Assembly: GCA_037143235.1 (NCBI GenBank) | Contig: JBAWZC010000001.1 | Span: 65,132 to 129,131 of the forward strand | Direction: 5' to 3' | Origin: Candidatus Berkelbacteria bacterium | GTDB lineage: Bacteria > Patescibacteriota > UBA1384 > XYA2-FULL-43-10 > 1-14-0-10-43-13 | Length of the DNA: 64,000 nucleotides | In this document: piece after piece, positions 9,935 through 19,838 of the stretch | Layout of the letters: the number at the start of each line of letters is the position of its first letter | How positions within the stretch are numbered: position 1 is the first letter of the stretch | Translations under genes and position numbers: made by a program | Notes under the pieces: model-generated | The model's input: the letters and a program-made list of their open reading frames with translations, nothing else | Databases searched by the model: none | What the model was told of the DNA's origin: nothing

Positions 9935-11215
9935 ATGCCAGATGAAATAAACAAAATTAAACCCGCTGGTTTACCACCAGGCGATGAAAAATTTCTACAT
10001 AGCGATGCAGAACGGGCAGAAATGATAGAAGAGCAAACAGAAGCAATAGAAGAGGACACAAATGTAGAAGAATCACTAAGAATCGCAATAGAAAAACTTC
10101 ACACTCTTCTTGGCGATAACTTCACTGATTTTGGAATTAGATTTGTGAATGTTGAAGAATATTTGTGGATTTTGACAAATCAGAAATTGCCCCATCGAGA
10201 AGTAGGAAAATTTAGTCCTCAATTAAAGAGTGAACTCGGCAAAGAAACAATAAATTTTACTCAGTATTTACAAGAATCAGTTGCAAAAGGTTGGGAAGAT
10301 ATCATTTACGATCAAACCGATTGGAGCCACAGTCTTTACGCACTACAACGCTATAGCATGGCCATGACAAAACTACGCGAATTTCATCGTGAAGTGAAAC
10401 ATCAACCGAACAGAGAGAATACTATCCGCGAAGCCACGACAAATCGTTTTAAAGAATATTTAACAAGTACAATTTTAGGCGATGAGCAAAGCGTAGGACT
10501 GAGACTTGGAATCGAACAATTAAAAAGACAAGTTGATGAGATTAGAAATGAAATGGGAGATGATGATTCCGAGGCTAGAGTCTCAGAAATTTTTTCAAAG
10601 GTGATGCTTGAACTTAATAGCGGAAAACCTCCTCGAGATTTAAACATACTTTTTCCAGAATATTTCGATGAGTCGGGACAAGAAGATGTTTTTGCCGATT
10701 TGAAAACAAAAGGACAGTCAACCTCCAGATATATGGCATATGGCCTTATGAAAATCGCTGAAAATTATGGTATCCAAACACTAGATTTAATGGAATTTCT
10801 TACTCAAATACATCCTAATAGCCAAGTCTTAAGAAAAGCAATCTACACTTACTGCAATTTTAATCCTAGTCATGGTTTTCGTGTTGATTCCAAGGACCAA
10901 TATCGAGGAGCCAGTAAAGCACCTTACCAGATGGCCATGGTTTACTCAAAAGAAGTAACTAATACACCAGGATTTAAAGACTGGTATGCTCTAGATGATA
11001 ATCAAATAAAAAACTCCGGCACATCACTCGGTAGTCATCTTTTAGGAGTAGTAGCTTGTTTCCCTATGCAAGAATTCACAAAAAAACTTGTTGAAATATC
11101 GTCTGAATCTGGCAAATGGGCGTGTCCTGTTTTTGATGCTCACGGGATTGCTCAGTATCCAATAGAAAAACCAGATGATGTAGCCTTGACTAGCAATCAA
11201 GATAATATCTTGTAA
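9935..11215 (+). CDS. Hypothetical protein (426 aa)
   Basis: Long ORF with acidic N-terminus; no recognised motif. Confidence 0.75.
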   Translation: MPDEINKIKPAGLPPGDEKFLHSDAERAEMIEEQTEAIEEDTNVEESLRIAIEKLHTLLGDNFTDFGIRFVNVEEYLWILTNQKLPHREVGKFSPQLKSELGKETINFTQYLQESVAKGWEDIIYDQTDWSHSLYALQRYSMAMTKLREFHREVKHQPNRENTIREATTNRFKEYLTSTILGDEQSVGLRLGIEQLKRQVDEIRNEMGDDDSEARVSEIFSKVMLELNSGKPPRDLNILFPEYFDESGQEDVFADLKTKGQSTSRYMAYGLMKIAENYGIQTLDLMEFLTQIHPNSQVLRKAIYTYCNFNPSHGFRVDSKDQYRGASKAPYQMAMVYSKEVTNTPGFKDWYALDDNQIKNSGTSLGSHLLGVVACFPMQEFTKKLVEISSESGKWACPVFDAHGIAQYPIEKPDDVALTSNQDNIL

Positions 11216-11439
11216 AAAATAAGCTACAAAAACAGCTCGGAAATCCGAAGACTCAGTCACATCTTGACTGCGCCACTCGATACTACCCATATTGCGCCAG
11301 CCGTACAGGTCAATATTGAGCCACGGCCGACAAGATTAAAGAGTTCGGTCTGATGAGCGATATTTGGCAGGAAATAGAAAACAGACACGATTGAAAACAA
11401 GATATAGACAGCAAAAAAATAAATTAGTAAGGAGTTTAT

Positions 11440-12423
11440 ATGCCATACGGATTAAACGGCGAACGGCCAGGTATGTATTTAGATAAAGATGAAGGTTCAA
11501 ATGGTGGCTCACAGAAGAAAAATGAACAAACTGAGGAAATAGAGCTCGACCCAATAAAGATGAAAAGCTCTGAAGAACTATATTCATACTGGACAGAACG
11601 TTATATAACTTTTCTAACTAATTCTGCCAATCGGGTAGAATCCGAACAATTTGATGCAGGGGGAGCTCTAACCGAGCTAGAATCGAGTAAACCTGAGATA
11701 AGATCTGCAGTAAATAAATTCAAGGAAGATCTAAACAATTTTTGCGAAACAGAAGGTATATTTGCTCTAACCGAAAATCTAGAAATAGCTGACAAGGATG
11801 TTCTTAACCAAAAAGTTGAAAAATTTCATTCGTTTTTTATCCAGCGCTATAATGAATTAATTGATACAATAAGCAGCTGTTTGTCTGGGCTATCTATAGT
11901 CAGAATGAATGACACCTTGGTGGATGTTAACAAAGATGTAGTTGACCTTTACAAAACTAATCTTGCCTCGAACAGACAAATCCGAAAAATCAGAGAAGAT
12001 GATGAAGAATTTTCAGGTGCATCCGATAAGATTTGTTACAATATCGGGCACAATCTTGGCAATATGGTGCCCGGCATCCCAACCCGATCTTTTGACGCAA
12101 CTATAGAAGAAGCAAGAAAAGAAACCGAAGAAATATACAAAGGCAATTTGGGAGGAATGCTTATAAAGCATAATTTTGTTGATGTCTCATTTCACTCATT
12201 AAGATTTCTTTTCAATCTATCAGGTAATTTTGAAACAATCGCTAGGCATGCCAAAGCTATTCCAGAATTAAAAAAAGATCCAGAAAAATTAAGAGAGTTA
12301 TTTAATTCGATTCCTTCGTTGGGAAATAATGTAATTTATATCGTTCCCGAAAGTTACGATCAAGTAAGAAATTCCAGGGACGAAATTTCAAATAAATTTG
12401 GTGAGTTTAGTTTTATTTCCTGA
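11440..12423 (+). CDS. Hypothetical helical protein (327 aa)
   Basis: Long ORF with AAGGAG RBS; no recognised motif. Confidence 0.75.
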   Translation: MPYGLNGERPGMYLDKDEGSNGGSQKKNEQTEEIELDPIKMKSSEELYSYWTERYITFLTNSANRVESEQFDAGGALTELESSKPEIRSAVNKFKEDLNNFCETEGIFALTENLEIADKDVLNQKVEKFHSFFIQRYNELIDTISSCLSGLSIVRMNDTLVDVNKDVVDLYKTNLASNRQIRKIREDDEEFSGASDKICYNIGHNLGNMVPGIPTRSFDATIEEARKETEEIYKGNLGGMLIKHNFVDVSFHSLRFLFNLSGNFETIARHAKAIPELKKDPEKLRELFNSIPSLGNNVIYIVPESYDQVRNSRDEISNKFGEFSFIS

Positions 12424-12490
12424 AGCAGTTTTAATTTTAACTCAATTGCAAAAGCCAGATTAGACTTTATTATCCATTCTCTGGTCACAT

Positions 12491-12529
12491 AAAAGCCCGA
12501 GAATCGCAATGACTCCCGGGCTTTTATTT
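12491..12529. terminator. Bidirectional intrinsic terminator
   Basis: AAAAGCCCGAGA...TCCCGGGCTTTTATTT between convergent genes. Confidence 0.7.
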
Positions 12530-12558
12530 CTTACTGCGCAACTAAAACAAATATAGTC

Positions 12559-13014
12559 CTATCGAATATCGACAATTTTGAACTCGGACACGCCAGCTGG
12601 TGTTGTAACTTTGACATTATCACCTTTTTTGGCACCAACGACGGCTCGACCCACAGGTGAATCGATAGAGATACGACCATTTAGCGGATCGGCTTCCTCT
12701 GAGCCAACGATCTGATAGATAACTTTCTCACCATCATCAAGAATCTCGACGGTGCAACCAATCGTGACAACTGATTTGTCGCAAGCCTTAGTTTCAATAA
12801 TCTCAGCATTCTTAATTTTAAACTCAATCTCCTGCTCACGACCAACCAAGAAAGACTGCTCGTTTTTTGCTTCGTGATATTCGGCGTTCTCTGACAGATC
12901 ACCAAATTCTCTCGCTTCTTTGATCTTGAGCGCGACTTCTTTTAATTTTAGCTTTATCTCGGCTAATTCTTCCTTGAGTTTAGCCAAGCCCTCTACGGTA
13001 ATAAAATTGCTCAT
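12559..13014 (-). CDS. greA: Transcription elongation factor GreA
   Basis: EAREFGDLSENAEYHEAK; ISIDSPVGRA; start at MSNFIT. Confidence 0.97.
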   Translation of the reverse strand: MSNFITVEGLAKLKEELAEIKLKLKEVALKIKEAREFGDLSENAEYHEAKNEQSFLVGREQEIEFKIKNAEIIETKACDKSVVTIGCTVEILDDGEKVIYQIVGSEEADPLNGRISIDSPVGRAVVGAKKGDNVKVTTPAGVSEFKIVDIR

Positions 13015-13150
13015 TTTGTCTCTGATTAAATATCTCTGATAAAAAACTAAAACACGAAGGATCTTCGTGTGTCTGCCCCTTGATTTACAAGCCGATTTTC
13101 TCAAAAATATCAGTTAATGTCAATAGAAAGACTAAACGCAATAGAATGTT

Positions 13151-13531
13151 TCAGCTCTCAAAATCTTCATCGAAATGTTTCTGATTTACTGCTGTAATCT
13201 TGACTTCTATCACGCCTTTTGGATAATAGCCTTCGTTATCAGGATTGTTCTTTGCGTACTCGAGCAATGCGCCACTATCGTGATATGTCGCCAACCCGTC
13301 TATGTTAATAATTAAAGAATAATCCTTGCTGTATGCGAGCACAAACACTTTATTGTTAATCTTAATATTCGAAATTGTCTGCTCCATATGATTATCTGTA
13401 ATAATCAGGCTACCATTCTCGATTTTGTTGATCTCAACAAAAATTGCGTGAGGCTGATTATTCATGTCTGATGTAGTCAAAACCAAAATAGTTTGTTTTT
13501 TTAGCAATTCAAGTTGTTTGTCGTTCAACAT
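13151..13531 (-). CDS. Pyridoxamine 5'-phosphate oxidase family (FMN-binding split barrel) protein
   Basis: VLTTSD..NQPH, ITDNHMEQTISNIKINNKV, PKGVIEV. Confidence 0.7.
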   Translation of the reverse strand: MLNDKQLELLKKQTILVLTTSDMNNQPHAIFVEINKIENGSLIITDNHMEQTISNIKINNKVFVLAYSKDYSLIINIDGLATYHDSGALLEYAKNNPDNEGYYPKGVIEVKITAVNQKHFDEDFES

Positions 13532-13586
13532 CGTATCCCTTCAATATAATTCTAATCTCAATACTATTCTAACAAATTATTATGAT

Positions 13587-13650
13587 AGATTGCCACCATC
13601 CTACGCCAAGGCTACGGACGGCAGGCAGTCGCAGACTCCTCGCAATGACA
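13587..13650 (+). repeat. AGATT...AATGACA repeat interrupted by a 30-bp GGCAGG-tailed hairpin
   Basis: AGATTGCCA[CCATCCTACGCCAAGGCTACGGACGGCAGG]CAGTCGCAGACTCCTCGCAATGACA. Confidence 0.6.
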
Positions 13651-13737
13651 ATTAATTAATGGATGGCGCGTGACTCCCTCTGACTGCCGTTTTCTGTTTT
13701 CTGTTTTCTGTTTCCCCTATCTCCTGACTCCTGGCTC

Positions 13738-15675
13738 TTATCTTGTAAAGTAATAATTAAAAAGATCCTTGGCCATCGGCACCGCCGTCGCCGTTGACAT
13801 CCCGCCGCCCTCCACCATCGTCAAAACGGCAATTTGCGGATTGTCATAGGGCGCGTAACCAACAAACCAACCATGAACTCGCTGATTGTTATCGTACTGT
13901 GCCGAACCAGTTTTTCCAGCAACCTCCACTGGCAGGTTAGCCATCGCCATTGCTGATCCACCCGTCGCGACCAACCGCATTCCTTCTTGCACCGTCTTCA
14001 AATTTTGCGGCGAAATAAAATTAGCATTGACCACTTCCTCGCCATATTCTTTGATCACATTACCCTCTGGATCTGTGACTTTCTTGACAATATGCGGCAC
14101 GACCACCTTGCCGCCATTTGCAATGGAGTTCACCATTCGCAACATCTGAATCGGCGTGACCAACAGATCGCCCTGACCGATCGAAACATGATAAGTGTCG
14201 CCAATATACCAGTTCTCGCCCTGAGCTTTCTTTTTCCAGGTCGGGTCAGGCAACAAACCAGAGGCCTCACCAAGAAGATCTACCCCCGTAGGTCGGCCCA
14301 AACCAAACAGTTGCCAATACTTCTTGATTCGATCAATGCCTAGTCCTTTGATTGGCCCATACCCTCCCCCAGCGGCGTAAAAGAAAATATTATTCGAAAA
14401 CTCCAGAGCAGATCTGACCGTTGTCGCGCCAAGTTCCTTGCTCTCAAAATTGATAAAAGTCGAACCACCGACCGTAATACTACCAGGTGCATCAAAAACA
14501 GTGTTAGCATTGATTGTACCCTCTTGGAGGGCTGCAGCTGCAAGCATCGGCTTCGAGCTCGATCCGGGCGGATAAGTACCAGCAATCGAACGGTCAAACA
14601 TCGGCATGGATTTATCCAACAAAATTTTCGAATAATTTGTGCCGCTATCCGCACCAGAGAACAAGTTTGAATCATAATCAGGCGTCGAGACCATTGCAAG
14701 GATACCACCAGTTTTAACATCCATTACGATAGCAACTGCCGTTTTAATGTCATCTTTGCCAGTATCTTCTTTCGCTTTAACCAAAGCATCGGCGGCGACC
14801 TTCGCCGCTTCATTTTGCAAACCACGATCCATATACAGCCAAACATTATTACCTGCGACGGGCTCGGTACTATTATCGTCCAACAAGATTTGATTTACAT
14901 TTCCCTTCGAGTCAACTTCGACCTGTTCGACACCAGGGACGCCACGCAGATATTGTTCTGCCGTTTTTTCAATCCCAGTTTTTCCGACATGGTCAGAAAG
15001 ATAGTAGCCTGTCCCATTTTTCAGCTCGTTCTCGGTGATTGCTCCCGTGTACCCAAGCACATGGCCCAAACCAAGAGTATAGCTATACTCACGACTATAA
15101 CGCTTGGCAATGAATAAGCCAGGAACAGTCTTGATCTTCTCCTCCAAAAGAAGAGCATCATCCCTGGGCATATCTTCCTTAATTATTGCCATATCCAAAG
15201 AAATCAAGCCATTTTTCTCAGCATTTTTCTTCACTTCGGCTTGATCCATGCTAACCAATGCAGCAATTTTTTGATAATACTCCTCGCGATCAGATTTTTT
15301 CTTTGGTAGATCCGATGGATACAACGCCAAAGAAAAATCAGAGGTATTTCTAGCCAACCACCCGCCAGAACTATCCAAAATTTGACCTCTTGGTGCTTCG
15401 ATCAAACGAGGCCTAATACTATTGCCCAAAGCCAAACTTTTATTTGCCTCCCCCTGAACTATCTGCAAGCTAAAGACACGCAGGATCATAATGCAGAAGA
15501 TTCCTACGACAGCAAATTTAACCCACGACAAAGTCGTCCGATCTTTTTTCTTTTCAATAGTCGATATCCGATCAATGGCCGTATCGCCGTACTCAAAATT
15601 GAGCTCCTCTTTGCGGCGTACGCGTCGAGCTTTGGTGTCTCCCCTGATATCAGAAAAATTACCGAGTATATCCAT
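13738..15675 (-). CDS. mrdA: Penicillin-binding protein 2
   Basis: N-terminal TM, APRGQILD, PGSSSK (SxxK), SNN (SxN), KTG; lies downstream of mreBCD. Confidence 0.93.
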   Translation of the reverse strand: MDILGNFSDIRGDTKARRVRRKEELNFEYGDTAIDRISTIEKKKDRTTLSWVKFAVVGIFCIMILRVFSLQIVQGEANKSLALGNSIRPRLIEAPRGQILDSSGGWLARNTSDFSLALYPSDLPKKKSDREEYYQKIAALVSMDQAEVKKNAEKNGLISLDMAIIKEDMPRDDALLLEEKIKTVPGLFIAKRYSREYSYTLGLGHVLGYTGAITENELKNGTGYYLSDHVGKTGIEKTAEQYLRGVPGVEQVEVDSKGNVNQILLDDNSTEPVAGNNVWLYMDRGLQNEAAKVAADALVKAKEDTGKDDIKTAVAIVMDVKTGGILAMVSTPDYDSNLFSGADSGTNYSKILLDKSMPMFDRSIAGTYPPGSSSKPMLAAAALQEGTINANTVFDAPGSITVGGSTFINFESKELGATTVRSALEFSNNIFFYAAGGGYGPIKGLGIDRIKKYWQLFGLGRPTGVDLLGEASGLLPDPTWKKKAQGENWYIGDTYHVSIGQGDLLVTPIQMLRMVNSIANGGKVVVPHIVKKVTDPEGNVIKEYGEEVVNANFISPQNLKTVQEGMRLVATGGSAMAMANLPVEVAGKTGSAQYDNNQRVHGWFVGYAPYDNPQIAVLTMVEGGGMSTATAVPMAKDLFNYYFTR

Positions 15676-15690
15676 ATGTAAAACTTAATA

Positions 15691-16179
15691 TTATTTGAAT
15701 ATCCCGATGCGTTGTTTTCTGCCAATATTTTGAATTACCCCATAGGCCCAGATTCCAATAGTTGCATTTAGTACGACGAAAAAAGAAGCAGTCAAAAAAG
15801 CACCCACGAAATATGATCCGGTTACGATAATAAAACATAACTCGAAGATTATTAATGGCGCTACGATTATCGGAACCGCTCCGATGACTGGTAGCTCTGG
15901 CAAAACCCTCTTTCTGAGGAAGGCGATGAACATCGGCACGAGCAAGAAACCAACCAAGATGACAATCAATGGTAATGACGACAAAATTGTCAAAAAGATC
16001 ATCGAAGATAAGCCAAAGATCAGGGTTTTTTGCTGCCCCCAAAACAAACTGACCAGGATTACCACGACAAGAGATAAAAATATCGTTCCCCCGTACAGAT
16101 CAAGAAAACTAAAGAAAGCGATATCCAAAAAGACCAAAACCAGAGACAAACCGATCAAATACAAATTATTGTTTTTCAT
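15691..16179 (-). CDS. mreD: Rod shape-determining protein MreD-like
   Basis: Very hydrophobic 162-aa protein between mreC and mrdA. Confidence 0.65.
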   Translation of the reverse strand: MKNNNLYLIGLSLVLVFLDIAFFSFLDLYGGTIFLSLVVVILVSLFWGQQKTLIFGLSSMIFLTILSSLPLIVILVGFLLVPMFIAFLRKRVLPELPVIGAVPIIVAPLIIFELCFIIVTGSYFVGAFLTASFFVVLNATIGIWAYGVIQNIGRKQRIGIFK

Positions 16180-16958
16180 TTTTGCACGAAAACTAATTCT
16201 ATTTTTGATAAATCAGCTAACGGCTCGACCACGATACTTTTATATATACCGCCACTCGTTTGAACTGACGCAGCCCGACCAATCAACAGCCCGGGTGACA
16301 TGCTTCCACCAAGACCAGAAGTCACGACATATTCACCCTTTTTGAAATCAACATCCTGAATAATATTTTCTAAAAGCAAACCGGAAACGCCTCCAGAGAG
16401 AGTGCCTTTTGTGCGACTATCCTGCAACATCGCCTGGATGATCGAGTCTTTGCTGGTGATCAAGGTAATCTTGGCACTAGATTTAAATATTTGGGATACT
16501 TTACCGATCAAGGCCCCTCCGGACATTACTGGTTGGCCCCCTTTAACTCCGTCGTCTCCGCCTTTGTCGATAACGATATAATCAAGAAATGATATCGGAT
16601 CACGCTCGATAATTCTGGCCGGCACCATCTCCACGGATCCATAGGTTTCAGTAAAACCAATCTCTTTTTTCAGGAAAGTATTCTCGTTTTCAAGCTCAGT
16701 GATACGGCTTCTGTCAATCTGCAATTGAGTAATTTTATCGACTAACTCTGCATTTTGTCGAGTCAGGTTCTGGATATTAGTCCAAAAATACAAACTAGTC
16801 TTTATTTTCTTGCCGACAAAACTGAAAGCGGAAGCAGGTGTCTTGATCGTACTCTGAGCTGCATACGACACATCTTTTCTAAAAGTTGGCCAAACCCACA
16901 GTAAAATAAAAAAAGCAGTAAGTATTACAAATATAAATTGTTTGTAATTATTTTTCAT
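16176..16958 (-). CDS. mreC: Rod shape-determining protein MreC
   Basis: TM plus coiled coil (LENENTFLK), IDKGGDDG, VVTSGLGG..PGLLIG. Confidence 0.93.
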   Translation of the reverse strand: MKNNYKQFIFVILTAFFILLWVWPTFRKDVSYAAQSTIKTPASAFSFVGKKIKTSLYFWTNIQNLTRQNAELVDKITQLQIDRSRITELENENTFLKKEIGFTETYGSVEMVPARIIERDPISFLDYIVIDKGGDDGVKGGQPVMSGGALIGKVSQIFKSSAKITLITSKDSIIQAMLQDSRTKGTLSGGVSGLLLENIIQDVDFKKGEYVVTSGLGGSMSPGLLIGRAASVQTSGGIYKSIVVEPLADLSKIELVFVQK

Positions 16959-18011
16959 TTAACGATTGAACTCTTTCGGTAATAATACATTTGAGAGCAA
17001 ATCAAGATCTTCCAAGACTAACCCAGCGCCCCGAACCACAGCTGTTAGCGGATCATCAGCAATATAAACCTTCGTCTGGGTTTCCTGGGCCAAGCGTTCT
17101 GCCAAGCCGTCGAGTAATGCTCCCCCACCAGATAGGATAATCCCACGATCCATAATATCCGAAAGCAATTCAGGCGGAGTCTCCTCCATCGTTACTCTGA
17201 CACTTTCGATAATAGTATTCAATGACTTTCTGATCGCTTCTCTGATCTGTTCATCATTAACAATAATTTCTTTCGGCAAACCAGAAACTAAATCCCTGCC
17301 ACGCATCGGAGCTTCACGACGATCTTTTCTCGTCATAGCCGAACCAATTTTAATCTTGATCTCTTCAGCAGTTCTCTCCCCAAGCAATAAATTGAACTTA
17401 TCGCGAGAGTATTGGATAATATCATCATTTAATTCATCACCGGCGATACGCAAAGATCGAGAAGCTACGACGCCACCAAGCGACATCACTGCTACTTCAG
17501 TTGTTCCACCACCGATATCAACGATCATGCTCCCTGAAGCATCTTGAATAGGTAACCTCGCCCCGATCGCGGCGGCAATTGGCTCTTCGATCAGATAAAC
17601 TTCTCTCGCCCCAGCGTTGATCGCCCCTTCTTCAACTGCTCGTCTTTCAACCTCAGTCACAGAATGTGGAATACCAATCACGACTCTCGGCCGAGGTATC
17701 AGAGTAAATGAAATCTTCTGAACTTTTTCAAAAAAATACTTAAGCATCTGCTCGGTGATCTCAAAATCAGAAATAACTCCATCCACAAGTGGACGAATCG
17801 CCACAATATGAGCAGGTGTACGCCCAACCATCCTCTTGGCTTCTTCTCCTACGGCCAATATCTCATTTGTCCGCTTATTGATCGCGACTACTGATGGCTC
17901 TCTGATCACAACTCCATGACCACGAACATACACCAAAGTATTTGCCGTGCCCAGATCAATGGCTACGTCATGTGAAAATCGTGAATAAATTGAACTTAAT
18001 ATGCTTGCCAT
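16959..18011 (-). CDS. mreB: Actin-like rod shape protein MreB
   Basis: IDLGTANTLV, EPSVVA, DIGGGTTEVA, GGGALL. Confidence 0.98.
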   Translation of the reverse strand: MASILSSIYSRFSHDVAIDLGTANTLVYVRGHGVVIREPSVVAINKRTNEILAVGEEAKRMVGRTPAHIVAIRPLVDGVISDFEITEQMLKYFFEKVQKISFTLIPRPRVVIGIPHSVTEVERRAVEEGAINAGAREVYLIEEPIAAAIGARLPIQDASGSMIVDIGGGTTEVAVMSLGGVVASRSLRIAGDELNDDIIQYSRDKFNLLLGERTAEEIKIKIGSAMTRKDRREAPMRGRDLVSGLPKEIIVNDEQIREAIRKSLNTIIESVRVTMEETPPELLSDIMDRGIILSGGGALLDGLAERLAQETQTKVYIADDPLTAVVRGAGLVLEDLDLLSNVLLPKEFNR

Positions 18012-18098
18012 TTACACCAAAAATTATCCCGCTCCAGTTTCAGCTGACTTATCTGAGTCTAATACAAAAACAACACTTTAGTCAAATATATTCTTAGG

Positions 18099-19079
18099 CT
18101 ACTTTTTTCCATTTGCCAAATGCTCAGCATAAGTTTTTGCTGGGTAAAACACCCCTTTCACATGCTGGAAATAGAGATAATCTGTTTTTTGATAATTTTT
18201 GACAGCCTTGAGTGTCTCCAAACTCGGATTACAGATCGGCCCCTCGGGCAAACCAAAGGAATAATATGTATTATAGGGCAAAGACAAACTATTCAACTCG
18301 CTGATGCTGATCGCTTTCCAAAAAAGATAATCTATTTTGTCTGATCGAGCGAGTGCATTGTACGCAATTGTATCTTTGGCATAAATCCCCGTCGGATCAG
18401 CCTGCAACTTCATGTCGATTTTTAGGCGATTGAAATAGATACCGGCAATAATTGACTTCTCCTCTGCTCTATCTGTTTCCCTCTCCACGATCGACGCCAG
18501 TATAATATCGTCATCAGAAACTTCGAGCCCTTGCGTTTGATCATAAAATTCTTTGACCATCATCTGCACTATATCGGCAGCTGGGGTTCCTGGCTTGATA
18601 AAATATGTTGCCGGGAAAAGTTGTCCTTCATAACTAGAGGAAGCAGAATCAAAAGAACTCTCAGTCACAATGTTCTTCTTCTCTAGCGCTCGACCGATTT
18701 GCTCTCGACGCCAGCCCTCAGGTATCGTCACTCGCTCAATAAAATTTTCACCAGTCGTGAAAAATCTGATCAAATCAAATATTGATACTTTTTCCGGAAT
18801 CTCCCAGAAACCAGCTTTGAAAGGCTTCTGGTTTAGTCGAGAAAAAAAATCAAACGCAAGGGTTGATGAAATCAAGCCTTTGCCCTGTAGCTCTTTCGAC
18901 ACATATTGCTTGCTTGAACCCTCAGGAATTTCAAAAAATATCTTGGGCTGACCGGTATCAAATGGAGTCTCAGCAATCTTTTCGATACTTCGATAACTCC
19001 AAAACGCTGCGCCAATCATGGCAACAAGCACAAAAATAACAATGGCGAAAACAATTTTCGTCTTTTTGCTGAAATTCAT
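18099..19079 (-). CDS. mltG: Endolytic transglycosylase MltG
   Basis: TIPEGW, EGQLFPATY, ASIVERE, LQADPT, YNTY...GLPEGPICNP. Confidence 0.95.
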   Translation of the reverse strand: MNFSKKTKIVFAIVIFVLVAMIGAAFWSYRSIEKIAETPFDTGQPKIFFEIPEGSSKQYVSKELQGKGLISSTLAFDFFSRLNQKPFKAGFWEIPEKVSIFDLIRFFTTGENFIERVTIPEGWRREQIGRALEKKNIVTESSFDSASSSYEGQLFPATYFIKPGTPAADIVQMMVKEFYDQTQGLEVSDDDIILASIVERETDRAEEKSIIAGIYFNRLKIDMKLQADPTGIYAKDTIAYNALARSDKIDYLFWKAISISELNSLSLPYNTYYSFGLPEGPICNPSLETLKAVKNYQKTDYLYFQHVKGVFYPAKTYAEHLANGKK

Positions 19080-19471
19080 CTGTTCTCTGCGTTAATATAC
19101 TGTTCAAGAATCAAGACAGCCGAAAGTTCATCTACCTTGGCCTTGTCCTTCGATATGTCAACTCCGTTCTCGCCAAGCAATCTTTCAGCCTCCACCGAAG
19201 TAAACGATTCTTCTTCGAATATCACGGGCAAAGACGCACTTCTTTCGAGTAAAGCTGCGAAAGATCGGATTTGAGCGCCCATGCCGCCATCAGTCCCGTC
19301 TTCTCGCTTCGGCAAGCCAATAATAATTTTTTCAATCTGTTCGGCCCTGCATTTTTCTACAATCTCATCGATCACTTCTGGAGAATTTTCTAAAACGCCA
19401 AAACCTCTAGCCATCTTCTCACCGATAGCCAATCCAATTCTTTTCTTACCATAATCTATAGCTAAATACAT
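19076..19471 (-). CDS. ruvX: YqgF/RuvX family RNase H-like nuclease
   Basis: LAIDYGKKRIGLA, IIGLP, EESFTSVEA, DELSAVLILEQY. Confidence 0.95.
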   Translation of the reverse strand: MYLAIDYGKKRIGLAIGEKMARGFGVLENSPEVIDEIVEKCRAEQIEKIIIGLPKREDGTDGGMGAQIRSFAALLERSASLPVIFEEESFTSVEAERLLGENGVDISKDKAKVDELSAVLILEQYINAENR

Positions 19472-19546
19472 AAATTCCGTAAATATTAATTCAAGTAGCC
19501 AATAAATATTTATTCAATTAGTCATTTAATCATCTAGTCATTGATT

Positions 19547-19817
19547 TTCTCCACTCCTTTTCAAGGAGAGGTGGGGTGAGGTTTAATGTTTAAGATGAAA
19601 CCTCATCTATCTTCTCCTTCAAAAGGAGAAGAACCCTTGGAAATTTAATAATTGAATATTGGTTATTAACTGATTATTGTCTCTTGGTTATTGTATTTCT
19701 CCTCTCCTTTTCAAGGAGAGGCAGGGGTGAGGTTTAATGTTTTAAAATGAAACCTCAGCTAACCCATTCGTCTTCGCTCAGGGCAGGCTTTCTCCTTGAA
19801 AAGGAGAAGAACCCTTA
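19547..19817. repeat. Two copies of a ~90-bp compound hairpin element
   Basis: 19547-19638 and 19696-19817: CTCC(A/T)CTCCTTTTCAAGGAGAGG...GTGAGGTTT...AAACCTCA...TCTCCTT(C/G)AAAAGGAGAAGAACCCTT; the second copy carries an extra 24-bp insert. Confidence 0.85.
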
Positions 19818-19838
19818 GGTTAATTAGATTAATTTATT

